Of a stretch of 64,000 nucleotides of DNA, positions 7,826-17,358 are shown piece by piece (position 1 is the first letter of the stretch; every line of letters begins with the position of its first letter). Source of the DNA: Candidatus Omnitrophota bacterium (GTDB lineage: Bacteria; Ratteibacteria; UBA8468; MWAK01); the NCBI GenBank assembly GCA_043826355.1, contig JBDRQI010000003.1:7440-71439 (forward strand), in the 5' to 3' direction. The position numbers were made by a program, and so were the translations under genes. Below the pieces are notes generated by a model, which was not told the DNA's origin, searched no databases, and worked only from the letters and a program-made list of their open reading frames with translations.

Positions 7826-9019
7826 ATGTTTGCTAAAAAACGAATTGTAATTCTCGGCTCCACCGGTTCCATCGGCTGCAGCACGCTGGCGGTTATCCGG
7901 CGTTTCCCGGAGCGGTTTAAGGTTGTGGGTCTTTCCGGACACAGCCGGGTCGGATTGCTGAAAAAACAGGCGGCTGAATTCAAGCCGGAGGCGGTCGCTT
8001 TAACCGGTACGGCGGTTTTCAACCGCGCCGTTTCAGTAAAAAAAAGTTTTACGGAAGGAACAAAATTACTCCTGGGAACCGACGGATTACGCCGGACGGT
8101 CTTCTGGCCGGAAGTGGACCTGGTGGTCCTGGCAATCCCTGGAACAGAATCGCTGATGCCGGCTTTCTGGGCCGTAGAATCAGGCGCAAACCTGGCGCTG
8201 GCCAGTAAGGAGGCGCTGGTAATGGCCGGCAGTCTCCTGACGGATAAAGCGAAGAGAGCCGGTGTTCAAATCATTCCGCTGGACAGCGAACATAATGCCG
8301 TTTTTCAAATCGTTTCCGCTTTTCCGGAACGAAGTATCAAAAAAATTTACCTTACCGCCAGCGGCGGTCCCTTCTGGCAAAAAAAGAAGGGGAAGGTGAA
8401 CCGGCAAAAGGTCCTGGCCCACCCGGTCTGGAAGATGGGTCGGAAAGTTACCGTTGACAGCGCGACGATGGTAAATAAGGCTCTGGAAATAATTGAGGCG
8501 CATTATCTTTTCGGTTTACCGCCGGAAAAAATCAAGGTTTTAATTCACCCGGAGGTTGCGGTCCACGGGATGGTTGAGTTTGACGATGGTTTCACCATGG
8601 CCAACCTTTCCGCACCGGATATGCGGCTTTCAATCGCCTCCGGGCTCTTCTGGCCGGAAAGACCGCCGGCCAGCCCAATATCTACTTCGCTTTCTCTGGG
8701 GAGCCTGGGTAAACTCACCTTTCACCGGCCGGCTCACCGCCAATTCCCGGCCTTGACTCTTGCTTACCGTATTCTGGAAAAGGGCGGCGGTTATCCGGCA
8801 ATCTTTTCGGTGGCTAACGAAGAAGCAGTTAATGCTTTCCTGAACGGATTGATTGAATTTGAAGGAATCCTGCCTCTGATAAAAAAAGTTCTGGAAAAAG
8901 AAGCGCCTTCTTCCCGGTTAACTCTTACCGAAGTACTGAAAATTTCCGAAGAGACCCGGCAACTCACCCGCTTTCTTTTAGGGATTCCCACTAACGCTGC
9001 AGGCTTTTTTTCGCAATGA
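7826..9019 (+). CDS. dxr: 1-deoxy-D-xylulose 5-phosphate reductoisomerase
   Basis: N-terminus KRIVILGSTGSIG (NADPH-binding), …LDSEHNAVFQ… motifs; start chosen at MFAKKRIV. Confidence 0.9.
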   Translation: MFAKKRIVILGSTGSIGCSTLAVIRRFPERFKVVGLSGHSRVGLLKKQAAEFKPEAVALTGTAVFNRAVSVKKSFTEGTKLLLGTDGLRRTVFWPEVDLVVLAIPGTESLMPAFWAVESGANLALASKEALVMAGSLLTDKAKRAGVQIIPLDSEHNAVFQIVSAFPERSIKKIYLTASGGPFWQKKKGKVNRQKVLAHPVWKMGRKVTVDSATMVNKALEIIEAHYLFGLPPEKIKVLIHPEVAVHGMVEFDDGFTMANLSAPDMRLSIASGLFWPERPPASPISTSLSLGSLGKLTFHRPAHRQFPALTLAYRILEKGGGYPAIFSVANEEAVNAFLNGLIEFEGILPLIKKVLEKEAPSSRLTLTEVLKISEETRQLTRFLLGIPTNAAGFFSQ

Positions 9020-9020
9020 A

Positions 9021-10274
9021 ATGACCCCTTACCATTCTTTGCCGCTCCAAAACATCTTCTCTTTTCTCAAGGATAAAGAACCTTTTGCGCTTCTGGAGAC
9101 CACCCGCTGCGACCCCGAAAACTTTCTTTCCTATATTTTTTATGAGCCGGATGGCAAGATTGAAATCAGCAATTATTCGGACCTGCCCCGGTTTTTCAAC
9201 CAGATAGAATCCTTTTTACGAAAAGGCTATTACCTGGCCGGATTCTTTTCTTACGAAGCCGGCAATTTCCTTAATGTAGGGGAGGGGCTACGAACCCTCC
9301 CGCTTTTACGTAGTGCGACCCTTTCAGGGTTGTCGTCTTTGTCTTTTCCCCTGGCCCGTTTTTATCTCTTCCGGAAACCGCTGGTATTTGACCACCGGTC
9401 CGGTCTTTTTCCCGGCAATTTCCAACCCGGAGGTTCGGAATTTCCCGAAAATTACACCCTGGAAAAACCCCGGCTCAACACCGGTTTTACGGAATACCAG
9501 AAGAACGTCGGCCGCATCAGAGAATTAATAAAAGCCGGAGACACTTACCAGGTCAACTATACCCTGAAATGCAACTTTAATTTCTCCGGTTCGCCTTTCG
9601 GCCTTTACCAAGACCTGCGGGAAAAACAGACGGTCGCTTATTCTGCTTTCATCAAAAACCGCGACTTTTCCCTGCTCTCTTTCTCTCCGGAACTATTTTT
9701 CCGCAAGGCCGGCCGGAAGATTATGGTCCGGCCGATGAAAGGCACCATCAGCCGGGGAAAAAATACCTGTCGGAACAGACAGCAAATGCAAATTTTGAAA
9801 CAGAGTCCCAAAGAACGTTCCGAAAACGTAATGATTGTTGACCTTTTGCGCAATGATTTAGGCCGGGTCTCCGAGGTGGGTACGGTCCGGACCGATTCGC
9901 TCTTTGATATTGAAGAATATGAAACACTTTTCCAGATGACTTCCACCATCTCCGGCATCCTGAGAGAAAACCTCTCTTTTGGGGAGTTATTTGAAGCCGT
10001 CTTCCCTTCCGGTTCGGTTACCGGCGCACCCAAAATAAGGACGATGGATATCATCCGGGAACTGGAAAAAGAGGCACGCGCCGTCTATACCGGAGCCTTG
10101 GGGATTTTCTTCCCGAACCGTGACGCAGTCTTTAACGTGGCTATCCGCACCCTTCGTATTACCGGGGAAGAAGGTGAAATGGGGGTCGGAAGCGGAATCA
10201 CCTTTGATTCCGATGCCGGGCGGGAGTATGAAGAGTGCAAACTGAAAGCGCTCTTTCTGACCAAAAAAATGTAA
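9021..10274 (+). CDS. pabB: Chorismate-binding enzyme, aminodeoxychorismate synthase component I-like (PabB/TrpE family)
   Basis: C-terminal chorismate-binding motifs (…SGSVTGAPKIRTMDII…YTGALGIF…); 417 aa; contains an in-frame repeat-element insertion (see 9286-9335). Confidence 0.65.
   Translation: MTPYHSLPLQNIFSFLKDKEPFALLETTRCDPENFLSYIFYEPDGKIEISNYSDLPRFFNQIESFLRKGYYLAGFFSYEAGNFLNVGEGLRTLPLLRSATLSGLSSLSFPLARFYLFRKPLVFDHRSGLFPGNFQPGGSEFPENYTLEKPRLNTGFTEYQKNVGRIRELIKAGDTYQVNYTLKCNFNFSGSPFGLYQDLREKQTVAYSAFIKNRDFSLLSFSPELFFRKAGRKIMVRPMKGTISRGKNTCRNRQQMQILKQSPKERSENVMIVDLLRNDLGRVSEVGTVRTDSLFDIEEYETLFQMTSTISGILRENLSFGELFEAVFPSGSVTGAPKIRTMDIIRELEKEARAVYTGALGIFFPNRDAVFNVAIRTLRITGEEGEMGVGSGITFDSDAGREYEECKLKALFLTKKM
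9286..9335. repeat. Composite GC-hairpin repeat (GGGGAGGGG module + REP-like module) located in-frame inside pabB-like CDS
   Basis: gtaggggaggggctacgaaccctcccgc…gtagtgcgaccctttcagggttgtcg; same modules as intergenic copies; encodes …VGEGLRTLPLLRSATLSGLSS… without stop. Confidence 0.6.
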
Positions 10275-10324
10275 CAAAACTGTCCTTTCCATGTCAAAAC
10301 TCCAACCTCGGCAAATTCCGCACC

Positions 10325-10475
10325 GCCGGACCCCTTTTCCAGCCGGTGTCGTGAGGAGGCAGCGGGCAGGGGTTTTCGTGCCGGAAGGGCACGAAAAGAG
10401 CGCCGACGAGCGTCAAGTGAAATAAATCCTCGCCGGGGATTGATGAACGTCCGGCTGGAAAAGGGGGTCTGGCAA
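10325..10475. repeat. MITE-like / structured element with 19-bp terminal inverted repeats in pabB-rseP spacer
   Basis: GGACCCCTTTTCCAGCCGG (10328-) pairs with CCGGCTGGAAAAGGGGGTC (10452-); internal hairpins GTGCC-GGAAG-GGCAC etc. Confidence 0.4.
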
Positions 10476-10545
10476 AGGTACGGTAATTCCGAGATGCTGA
10501 ATTTAGATTACAGAAAAACAGCCTAATATGGTAAAATAAATAGCT

Positions 10546-11619
10546 ATGACAGTTAACCTGATACATATCCTGGCGGTCGTCTTTATTTTTGGGGTATTAA
10601 TCATCTCCCACGAACTCGGTCATTTCTGGGCCGCCCGGAAATGCGGGGTGAGGGTGGAATTGTTTACTTTTGGCTTCGGACCGAAATTATTCGGTTTCAA
10701 ACGGGGAGACACCCTCTACCAGGTTGCCCTGATTCCGTTCGGCGGCGCGGTAAAATTGGCCGGGGAAGATGGTTACGGTAAAGAAGAACCGAAAGGCGAT
10801 GAATATTTTGCCAAACCGGCCGGAAAGCGCGCCCTGATTCTTATTATGGGTTCGCTGCATAACTTTATTCTGGGTTTCCTGGTCTTTGTGCTCGTCTTTA
10901 TCCTGGGGATACAGACGGTCAATTACCGGCAGCCGCTGGTGGGCGAAATACAACCCGGTTTTCCGGCTCAAAGCATTGGAATTAAAAGTGGGGATTTAAT
11001 CACCCGGGTCGCCGGCAAGAAGGTGACCGATTGGCTGACCCTGTCCAAAGAAATTCACCGGTACCCGGGTCAGGAAATTAACCTGGAGGTTCTTCGGGAA
11101 AAAGAGGTCCTGAATTTCAAAGTTACCCCGAAGAGCGAAACGATTAAAACCGCGCAAGGAGAAGAGACTGTCGGTTTAATCGGTATTATACCGGCCGCAA
11201 CCAGGGAAAAGTTTGGTATTATCCCGGCGCTCGGCCGGGCCGGCAAAGAGACATTCCGGGTGGCCGGACTTATCTTCTACTACCTGGGAAAACTATTCAC
11301 CCGCGAACTTTCCACCCGGGAACTGGCCGGTCCGGTAGGCATTGCCCAGATGACCGGGCAGTTTGTGCAAACCGGTTGGAGCGGTTTTCTTTACTTTCTG
11401 GCGCTTTTAAGCGTGAACCTTTCCATCGTAAACCTGTTCCCTTTCCCGATGCTTGACGGCGGGCACGTTGCCGGCGTGCTGATCGAGCGCATCCGGAAAC
11501 GCAAGCCCAGCCGACGTTTCCTGGAAATCTCCCAAACGATCGGATTTGGCCTGATAATCCTCCTGGCGCTCTTCGTTACCTATAACGACATTTTAAGAAT
11601 TTTTAGCAAGCGACCCTGA
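10546..11619 (+). CDS. rseP: RIP metalloprotease RseP (site-2 protease)
   Basis: HELGHFWAAR zinc motif, PDZ region, C-terminal LDGG motif; 357 aa. Confidence 0.85.
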   Translation: MTVNLIHILAVVFIFGVLIISHELGHFWAARKCGVRVELFTFGFGPKLFGFKRGDTLYQVALIPFGGAVKLAGEDGYGKEEPKGDEYFAKPAGKRALILIMGSLHNFILGFLVFVLVFILGIQTVNYRQPLVGEIQPGFPAQSIGIKSGDLITRVAGKKVTDWLTLSKEIHRYPGQEINLEVLREKEVLNFKVTPKSETIKTAQGEETVGLIGIIPAATREKFGIIPALGRAGKETFRVAGLIFYYLGKLFTRELSTRELAGPVGIAQMTGQFVQTGWSGFLYFLALLSVNLSIVNLFPFPMLDGGHVAGVLIERIRKRKPSRRFLEISQTIGFGLIILLALFVTYNDILRIFSKRP

Positions 11620-11638
11620 AAAAGGGGTCAGACTACGC
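11610..11638. repeat. Variant REP-like palindrome (reverse orientation) overlapping rseP stop codon
   Basis: gcgaccctgaaaaaggggtcagactacgc resembles reverse complement of GTAGTGCGACCCTTTCAGGGTCGC. Confidence 0.4.
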
Positions 11639-11649
11639 AATCTTATCTG

Positions 11650-12762
11650 ATGACTCGCCGAAAGAAAACCTCTCGTCCGGTTCAGGTTGGTACCCTGGTC
11701 ATTGGCGGCGGCGCCCCTGTTTCCGTCCAGGGGATGACCAAGACGAAGACCGCAGACCTTAAAAAAACGCTGAATCAAATCATTTCCCTGAAAGATGCCG
11801 GCGCGGAGATTATCCGCCTGGCGATACGCGACCGGGAAGATTTAATTGCGCTTGAATCCCTTCGGAAAAAGACCGCGCTGCCCCTGGTGGCCGATATTCA
11901 TTTCCAAAGCGAACTGGCTTTAGCCGCCATCAAAGCCGGTGCGGACAAAATCCGGCTTAACCCCGGAAACATCAAAAACCCGGAAGAACTGAAGAAGATT
12001 ACCAGAGAAGCAAAAAAGAGAGAAGTTGCCATCAGGGTCGGGGTTAATTCCGGTTCTTTGAATTTTCCCCCTCATCATGCCTCTCCCCACAGGGGAGAGG
12101 GAAACAAATCAGTTCTTGCCTGCGCCATGGTTTCCGCAGCCAAAAACTACCTGAAAATTTTTGAAGCCGAAGATTTCCAAAATTTAATCTTTTCCCTTAA
12201 GTCGTCTTCGGTCCGAACTACCATCCTGGCAAACCGCATATTCAGCCGGCAATTCGATTATCCCCTGCACCTGGGAATTACCGAATCGGGCCGGGGTAAT
12301 ATAGCCCTGGTCAAAAGCGCAATCGGCATCGGCGCTCTCCTGGAAGAAGGAATCGGCGACACGATCCGGGTATCCCTGTCCGAATCTCCGGAAGAAGAAA
12401 TTAGGGCCGGACGTCAGATTCTTCAGGCGCTGGGATTGAGATATTTTTACCCGGAAATTATCTCCTGTCCAACCTGCGGTCGTTGCCGGGTTAATCTTTT
12501 TGGAATCTTGCGAAAAGTGGAGGCCGGACTCAAAGGGCTGCCCGGTTATCCCCGGGATTATGCGGGACTCAAGGTTGCGGTAATGGGCTGTGAGGTTAAT
12601 GGCCCGGGTGAAGCCGCAGCCGCCGATATCGGCATTGCCGCCGGCCGCAAAACCGGTCTTCTTTTTGCAAAAGGAAGGAAGGTTGCCAGAACCAGCGAAA
12701 GAGAACTACCGTCCATCCTTTTGAGGGAAATTCTCAAATTGCGAAGAATACGCGGCAAATGA
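11650..12762 (+). CDS. ispG: 4-hydroxy-3-methylbut-2-en-1-yl diphosphate synthase (GcpE)
   Basis: …DIHFQ…, HLGITESG, C-terminal CPTCGRC Fe-S motif; 370 aa. Contains perfect palindrome CCTCTCCCC-aca-GGGGAGAGG at ~12080-12100 inside the CDS. Confidence 0.9.
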   Translation: MTRRKKTSRPVQVGTLVIGGGAPVSVQGMTKTKTADLKKTLNQIISLKDAGAEIIRLAIRDREDLIALESLRKKTALPLVADIHFQSELALAAIKAGADKIRLNPGNIKNPEELKKITREAKKREVAIRVGVNSGSLNFPPHHASPHRGEGNKSVLACAMVSAAKNYLKIFEAEDFQNLIFSLKSSSVRTTILANRIFSRQFDYPLHLGITESGRGNIALVKSAIGIGALLEEGIGDTIRVSLSESPEEEIRAGRQILQALGLRYFYPEIISCPTCGRCRVNLFGILRKVEAGLKGLPGYPRDYAGLKVAVMGCEVNGPGEAAAADIGIAAGRKTGLLFAKGRKVARTSERELPSILLREILKLRRIRGK

Positions 12763-12792
12763 TAAGATAATTTGCGGGAGGGTGCAAACATC

Positions 12793-13233
12793 ATGGAACA
12801 GGACTTACTTGCGTATGCCTGTAAACTTCTTGGCCAGCGGGCCTACACCCGCTTGAAAATGGCTCAGAAACTGGCTGGTAGAGGGGAACCGGAAAACGTG
12901 GAAACCGTTCTGGATAAACTGACGGAATCTGGTTATCTTGATGACCGGGATTTTGCCCGGGAGTACATCCGACAGCGATTAACTACCCGTCCTTCCGGCC
13001 GGCGGCTCCTGGAAATGAAACTAAGAACCAAAGGAATCTCAAAGACGGCAATCGGGGAAGTCCTTGATGAACTTGAACCGGAGGCGGAAGAAGCCGCAGC
13101 GCAAAGCCTGGCGACAAAAAAGGCGGCTGCCCTTAAAAACCTGGAACCGATAGTTCGAAAAAGACGTATTTTCCAGTTTTTGATAAACCGGGGTTTTTCG
13201 CCGGGAATTGCAGCAAAGTACTCAAATTTATAG
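12793..13233 (+). CDS. recX: Regulatory protein RecX
   Basis: …YLDDRDFAREYIRQRL… RecX repeat signature; ~150 aa; start position uncertain (12772 or 12793). Confidence 0.7.
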   Translation: MEQDLLAYACKLLGQRAYTRLKMAQKLAGRGEPENVETVLDKLTESGYLDDRDFAREYIRQRLTTRPSGRRLLEMKLRTKGISKTAIGEVLDELEPEAEEAAAQSLATKKAAALKNLEPIVRKRRIFQFLINRGFSPGIAAKYSNL

Positions 13234-13261
13234 TTTGATTTTATTAAAGTGAGGATATCCG

Positions 13262-15880
13262 GTGCAAAGTTTTGAAATAAGGCAAAAATATCTTGATTTT
13301 TTTAAGGAAAAAGGGCATACCGTTGTGCCGGGAATTTCCCTGATACCTCCGGAGGACCCGACATTACTGTTCACTTCGGCCGGAATGGTTCCCTTCAAGA
13401 ATTTCTGGACCGGTTCCGGTGAAATCCCGTATGTCCGGGCTGCGTCCTGCCAGAAATGCCTTCGGGCCGGCGGCAAAGACAGCGATTTGGATAATGTGGG
13501 TTTTGATTTTCGGCATAACACCTTTCTGGAAATGTTGGGTAATTTTTCTTTTGGAGACTATTTTAAAGAAGGCGCGATTGAATTTGCCTGGGAATTTCTG
13601 CTGCAACGCCTGAAACTGCCGGAAACAAATCTTTGGGTATCGGTTTACACCGAAGACCGGGAAGCGGTTGAAATCTGGAAAAAATACCTGCCGGATAAAC
13701 GGATTGTCCGGCTGGGCGCAAAAGATAATTTCTGGGGACCGGCCGGCGAAACCGGCGTTTGCGGTCCCTGTTCTGAAATATATTTTGACCGCGGTCCGGC
13801 TTTTTCCTGCGGGAAAATTTCCTGCAAACCGGGCTGTGATTGTGAAAAATACCTGGAGTTCTGGAACCTTGTTTTTCCCCAATTCAATAAAACCAAAAAC
13901 GGCGAACTTCTGCCTTTAAAGCGCCGCGGGATAGATACCGGAATGGGTCTGGAGCGAATTACCACACTGTGTCAAGGGGCTGAATCAAACTTTGACACCG
14001 ACCTGTTCCTGCCGATAATCAAAAAACTGGAAACGCTTTCCGGGATTATTTACCGGAAAAACAACGATACCCGGTCCGCTTTTCGCGCGGTAGTTGACCA
14101 TGTTCGCGCTTTAACCTTTACCATTGCGGAAAATATAGTTCCCGGTAACGAAGGAAGGGGATATGTCGTTCGCCGGATTTTGAGGCGGGCGGTGCAATTT
14201 TTGCAGGTGCTGCAGGTGGACAAACCGCTTCTTGCCGAACTCGTTCCCGAAGTTGTCCGGATAATGGGCGCATATTATCCGTATCTCCCGGAACGGGAGG
14301 GATTCGTCCGGGAAACGATTGCCGGCGAAGAAGACCGTTTTCTGAATCTTCTTTCAGAAAGCCGAACCCTTTTCAAGAGGTTCAAAACAGAATTTAAGGA
14401 TAAAACCCTGCCCGGCAAAATCGCTTTCCAACTTTACGACACCCACGGTCTTCCGCTGGACACAATCAAGGAAATCGCGGTTGAAAATGGCCTTTTTTTT
14501 GATGAAACCGGGTTTGAACTGGAAATGACCAGACAAAAAGCGGCCGGCCGCAAAGCTACCTCTTTTGATCTGATTGCCGACCGCAGTTGCCTGGCCGGGC
14601 TTTCACCCACCAAGTTTGTCGGTTACCAAACCGGTACTGCCCGGTCTTCCGTACTGGCAATTATCCCGGCTAAAAATAACCGGTATTCTCTGGTTTTATC
14701 GGAAACACCTTTTTACCCGGAACGGGGCGGACAGCAGGGAGATGCCGGAATAATCAGCGGGGACGGTTTTCGGTTTAATGTCTCGGAAACCAGGGTGGAC
14801 GAATCCGGCTTTATCCACCATCTGGGTTTATTCCAAAAAGGAACTGCGGTCAAGAATGACGCTGTAACCGCACAGGTGGATTCAGAAATACGCCAACAGA
14901 TTGCGGCAAACCATACCGCCACCCATCTTCTCCATTCGTCCCTGCGCCAAATTTTGGGTAACGAAGTAAAACAGGCCGGTTCCCTGGTGACGCCTGAATC
15001 GCTGCGTTTTGACTTTCTTTTTTCCGGAGAAATAGAACAAGAGAAACTTGGCAGCGTTGAAGAATTAGTTAATGAAAAAGTGCGGTCAAACCTGCCGGTG
15101 ACGATAACGGAAAAAGAATTAAAGGAAGCCATGGCCGAAGGCGCCATCGCTTTATTTACCGAAAAATACGGCGAAAAAGTCCGGGTAATCACCGCCGGTA
15201 ATTTCAGCAAAGAAGTTTGCGGCGGAACCCACCTTGATTACACCGGCGGCATCGGCCTCTGCCTGTTTGCCAGTTTCGCTTCGATCGGACAGGGGGTGAA
15301 ACGGATTGAAGCGGTTACCGGAAAAGCTGCCTATTCCCGGATAAAGGAACGGGAACGGCACCTTTTGGAACTGGCTGCCTGCCTGAAGGTGGAACCGGCC
15401 TTGATTCGCCTGGAAATAGAACGGCGCACGGAAGAACACCGGAAGCTGAAAATAAAATCCGACGCCTTTTTTTCCGCCTATCTCCACCGGGAGGCTGACA
15501 AAATAATCAAGGGCAAAAAATCTGTTGCCGGAATTAATCTTCTGACGACAACCCAGTTGTTGCTTTCACCGGAAGAGGCAAGGACTTTGATTGATTATCT
15601 TAAAAAAAAGTCTCCGGAAAGCGTCATACTGGTACTGCTTTCCGGAACGGATAAATCCCAAATTTTTCTGGGCTTAACTCCCGATATTATCCCCCGGGGT
15701 TTAAAAGCCAACGAAATCTTACGACAAGCCGCCGGGTTGCTGGGCGGTGGAGCAGGGGGCCGGGCCGATTTTGCCCAGGCCGGTTTGAAAGGGAGAGTAA
15801 ACCTGGAAGAAGCCGAAAAGACCCTGATAAAAATTTTGACAAATACTGATGGAAAACCCGGGCGGAACCACCACGGATAG
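13262..15880 (+). CDS. alaS: Alanine--tRNA ligase
   Basis: 872 aa; class II core, editing domain HTATHLLH and CGGTH motifs. Confidence 0.95.
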   Translation: MQSFEIRQKYLDFFKEKGHTVVPGISLIPPEDPTLLFTSAGMVPFKNFWTGSGEIPYVRAASCQKCLRAGGKDSDLDNVGFDFRHNTFLEMLGNFSFGDYFKEGAIEFAWEFLLQRLKLPETNLWVSVYTEDREAVEIWKKYLPDKRIVRLGAKDNFWGPAGETGVCGPCSEIYFDRGPAFSCGKISCKPGCDCEKYLEFWNLVFPQFNKTKNGELLPLKRRGIDTGMGLERITTLCQGAESNFDTDLFLPIIKKLETLSGIIYRKNNDTRSAFRAVVDHVRALTFTIAENIVPGNEGRGYVVRRILRRAVQFLQVLQVDKPLLAELVPEVVRIMGAYYPYLPEREGFVRETIAGEEDRFLNLLSESRTLFKRFKTEFKDKTLPGKIAFQLYDTHGLPLDTIKEIAVENGLFFDETGFELEMTRQKAAGRKATSFDLIADRSCLAGLSPTKFVGYQTGTARSSVLAIIPAKNNRYSLVLSETPFYPERGGQQGDAGIISGDGFRFNVSETRVDESGFIHHLGLFQKGTAVKNDAVTAQVDSEIRQQIAANHTATHLLHSSLRQILGNEVKQAGSLVTPESLRFDFLFSGEIEQEKLGSVEELVNEKVRSNLPVTITEKELKEAMAEGAIALFTEKYGEKVRVITAGNFSKEVCGGTHLDYTGGIGLCLFASFASIGQGVKRIEAVTGKAAYSRIKERERHLLELAACLKVEPALIRLEIERRTEEHRKLKIKSDAFFSAYLHREADKIIKGKKSVAGINLLTTTQLLLSPEEARTLIDYLKKKSPESVILVLLSGTDKSQIFLGLTPDIIPRGLKANEILRQAAGLLGGGAGGRADFAQAGLKGRVNLEEAEKTLIKILTNTDGKPGRNHHG

Positions 15881-16057
15881 AAACCGTGGTGCCGCGCTCC
15901 ATCTTCGGCGGAACCCGCCGAAGCACGTCCTCCTTCGCGGTGCGGACACTAGGTACCGAGGCGGCAAAGCCGCCTCACTTGCGTCCACGCTACGGCGGAC
16001 ACCCTAAGACGCATTCCTCCCCGGGCAGAGCCCGGGTCTTTCTGCGAAGGCGGGTGA
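15881..16057 (+). promoter_or_regulatory. GC-rich multi-hairpin leader/spacer upstream of sigma-factor gene
   Basis: Three perfect hairpins (CTTCGGCGG..CCGCCGAAG; GAGGCGGC..GCCGCCTC; CCCGGGC..GCCCGGG) closed by GUGCCGCG/CGCGGUGC pairing; GC far above flanks. Confidence 0.3.
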
Positions 16058-16867
16058 ATGGATGAAATAAAACTATTTACGCGGTTAAAGAAGGGCGACG
16101 AAAAGGCGCGGGAAGAGATTTTTAAGGCCCACCAAGCGCTGGTTGCTAAAATAGCCTGGAGTTATTCCAAAAAATCAACTCTTTCGGTTGAGGAAATGAT
16201 CGCCGAAGGATACGTCGGACTTCTGCAGGCGATTAATAAATTTGACCTGAAGAAGGCGAAATCGAAAGAAGTAAAGTTCGGTTCCTATGCTTTCTGGTGG
16301 ATAAAGCGTAATATTATCAGAGCATTGGTTAAAAAACAGTCAATTCTCTCTATTCCGGAAAATGTTTCGGAGATGGTGCATCGGTATAACCATTTTGCCG
16401 TAATTCTTACCCAGACCCTTGGCCGGGAACCAACCGGGATGGAAGTAAGAAAGCTCCTGACTCTTTCGGAACGGCAGCTGGCGAGCGTCAGCCGAAGCCG
16501 CGCCCTGAAAGTAGTCTCGCTGGACGAACAGATCTTTACCGATAATGAAAACGGTACTCTATCCGATATTATTCCAGCCGAAAATAAGGCGGATATCGAA
16601 AAAACCCTGGAGCATGGTGTCTTGATTGAAAAATATTTTTCGGTGCTCACTCCACTGGAAAAATCCGTGTTGAACCTCCGTTTCGGGCTTCAGGGTCAAC
16701 CGCAACTGACTTATCGGGAAATAGCGGAAAATTTTCAGGAGAAATTTAAGAAACCGTTTAGCCGTCAGCGCATTCACCAGATATTCCGCACCGCCCTTAA
16801 AAAGATAAAGGCGGGTAGGGATAAGGAGACAGACCGCAAATGGAAAAGGAAAAATGGCCAGGGCTGA
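16058..16867 (+). CDS. RNA polymerase sigma factor, sigma-70 family (group-3-like)
   Basis: Region 2 (…GYVGLLQAINKFD…FGSYAFWWIKRNI…) and region 4 HTH (…LTYREIAENF…SRQRIHQI…); 269 aa. Confidence 0.75.
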   Translation: MDEIKLFTRLKKGDEKAREEIFKAHQALVAKIAWSYSKKSTLSVEEMIAEGYVGLLQAINKFDLKKAKSKEVKFGSYAFWWIKRNIIRALVKKQSILSIPENVSEMVHRYNHFAVILTQTLGREPTGMEVRKLLTLSERQLASVSRSRALKVVSLDEQIFTDNENGTLSDIIPAENKADIEKTLEHGVLIEKYFSVLTPLEKSVLNLRFGLQGQPQLTYREIAENFQEKFKKPFSRQRIHQIFRTALKKIKAGRDKETDRKWKRKNGQG

Positions 16868-17358
16868 TTAGGAGTATTCCGGATTTTCCCCGAAAAGGAA
16901 TTATTTTCCGTGATATAACCCCTCTCTTAGGTGACGGAGATGCGTTCCGTTCCGTGGTAAGCCGGCTGGCAAGGGCCTGTCCGGTTGGAACCGAAATGGT
17001 AGCCGGCATTGAGGCGCGTGGTTTTATCTTTGCCGCCGCGGTAGCCAACCAATTAGGGGTTGGTTTCGTGCCGATCCGAAAAATCGGAAAACTTCCCTAC
17101 CGAACGGAAACGATTACCTATGACCTGGAGTACGGAACGGATACCATTGAGGTTCACCTGGATTCCCTGTCCAGAAAAAAAAATGTTGTCCTGATTGATG
17201 ACCTTTTAGCTACCGGCGGAACTGCTGCCGCGGCCTGCCGGCTTCTGGAAAAAGTAGGCGGCCGTGTTCTTAAGGCCGTTTTTCTGATCGAATTAGTTGA
17301 TCTTAAAGGGAGAACGAAGATACCTGACCGTGCTGTTTCCACCCTGCTGCAATTTTGA
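16840..17358 (+). CDS. apt: Adenine phosphoribosyltransferase
   Basis: …IRSIPDFPRKGIIFRDITPLL… and PRPP motif VVLIDDLLATGGTA; 172 aa. Confidence 0.9.
   Translation: MEKEKWPGLIRSIPDFPRKGIIFRDITPLLGDGDAFRSVVSRLARACPVGTEMVAGIEARGFIFAAAVANQLGVGFVPIRKIGKLPYRTETITYDLEYGTDTIEVHLDSLSRKKNVVLIDDLLATGGTAAAACRLLEKVGGRVLKAVFLIELVDLKGRTKIPDRAVSTLLQF

Noticed and set aside
10325-10475. Assignment of this element as SRP RNA or 6S RNA
   Set aside because: A CCGGAAGG segment loosely resembles the SRP helix-8 region. The conserved AGCAGC/GNRA context and overall length do not fit, and I cannot confirm it without a covariance-model search.
10294-10566. 90-aa minus-strand ORF in pabB-rseP spacer
   Set aside because: It lies entirely within the MITE-like or structured GC-rich element. 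The composition-driven open frame is probably not a gene.
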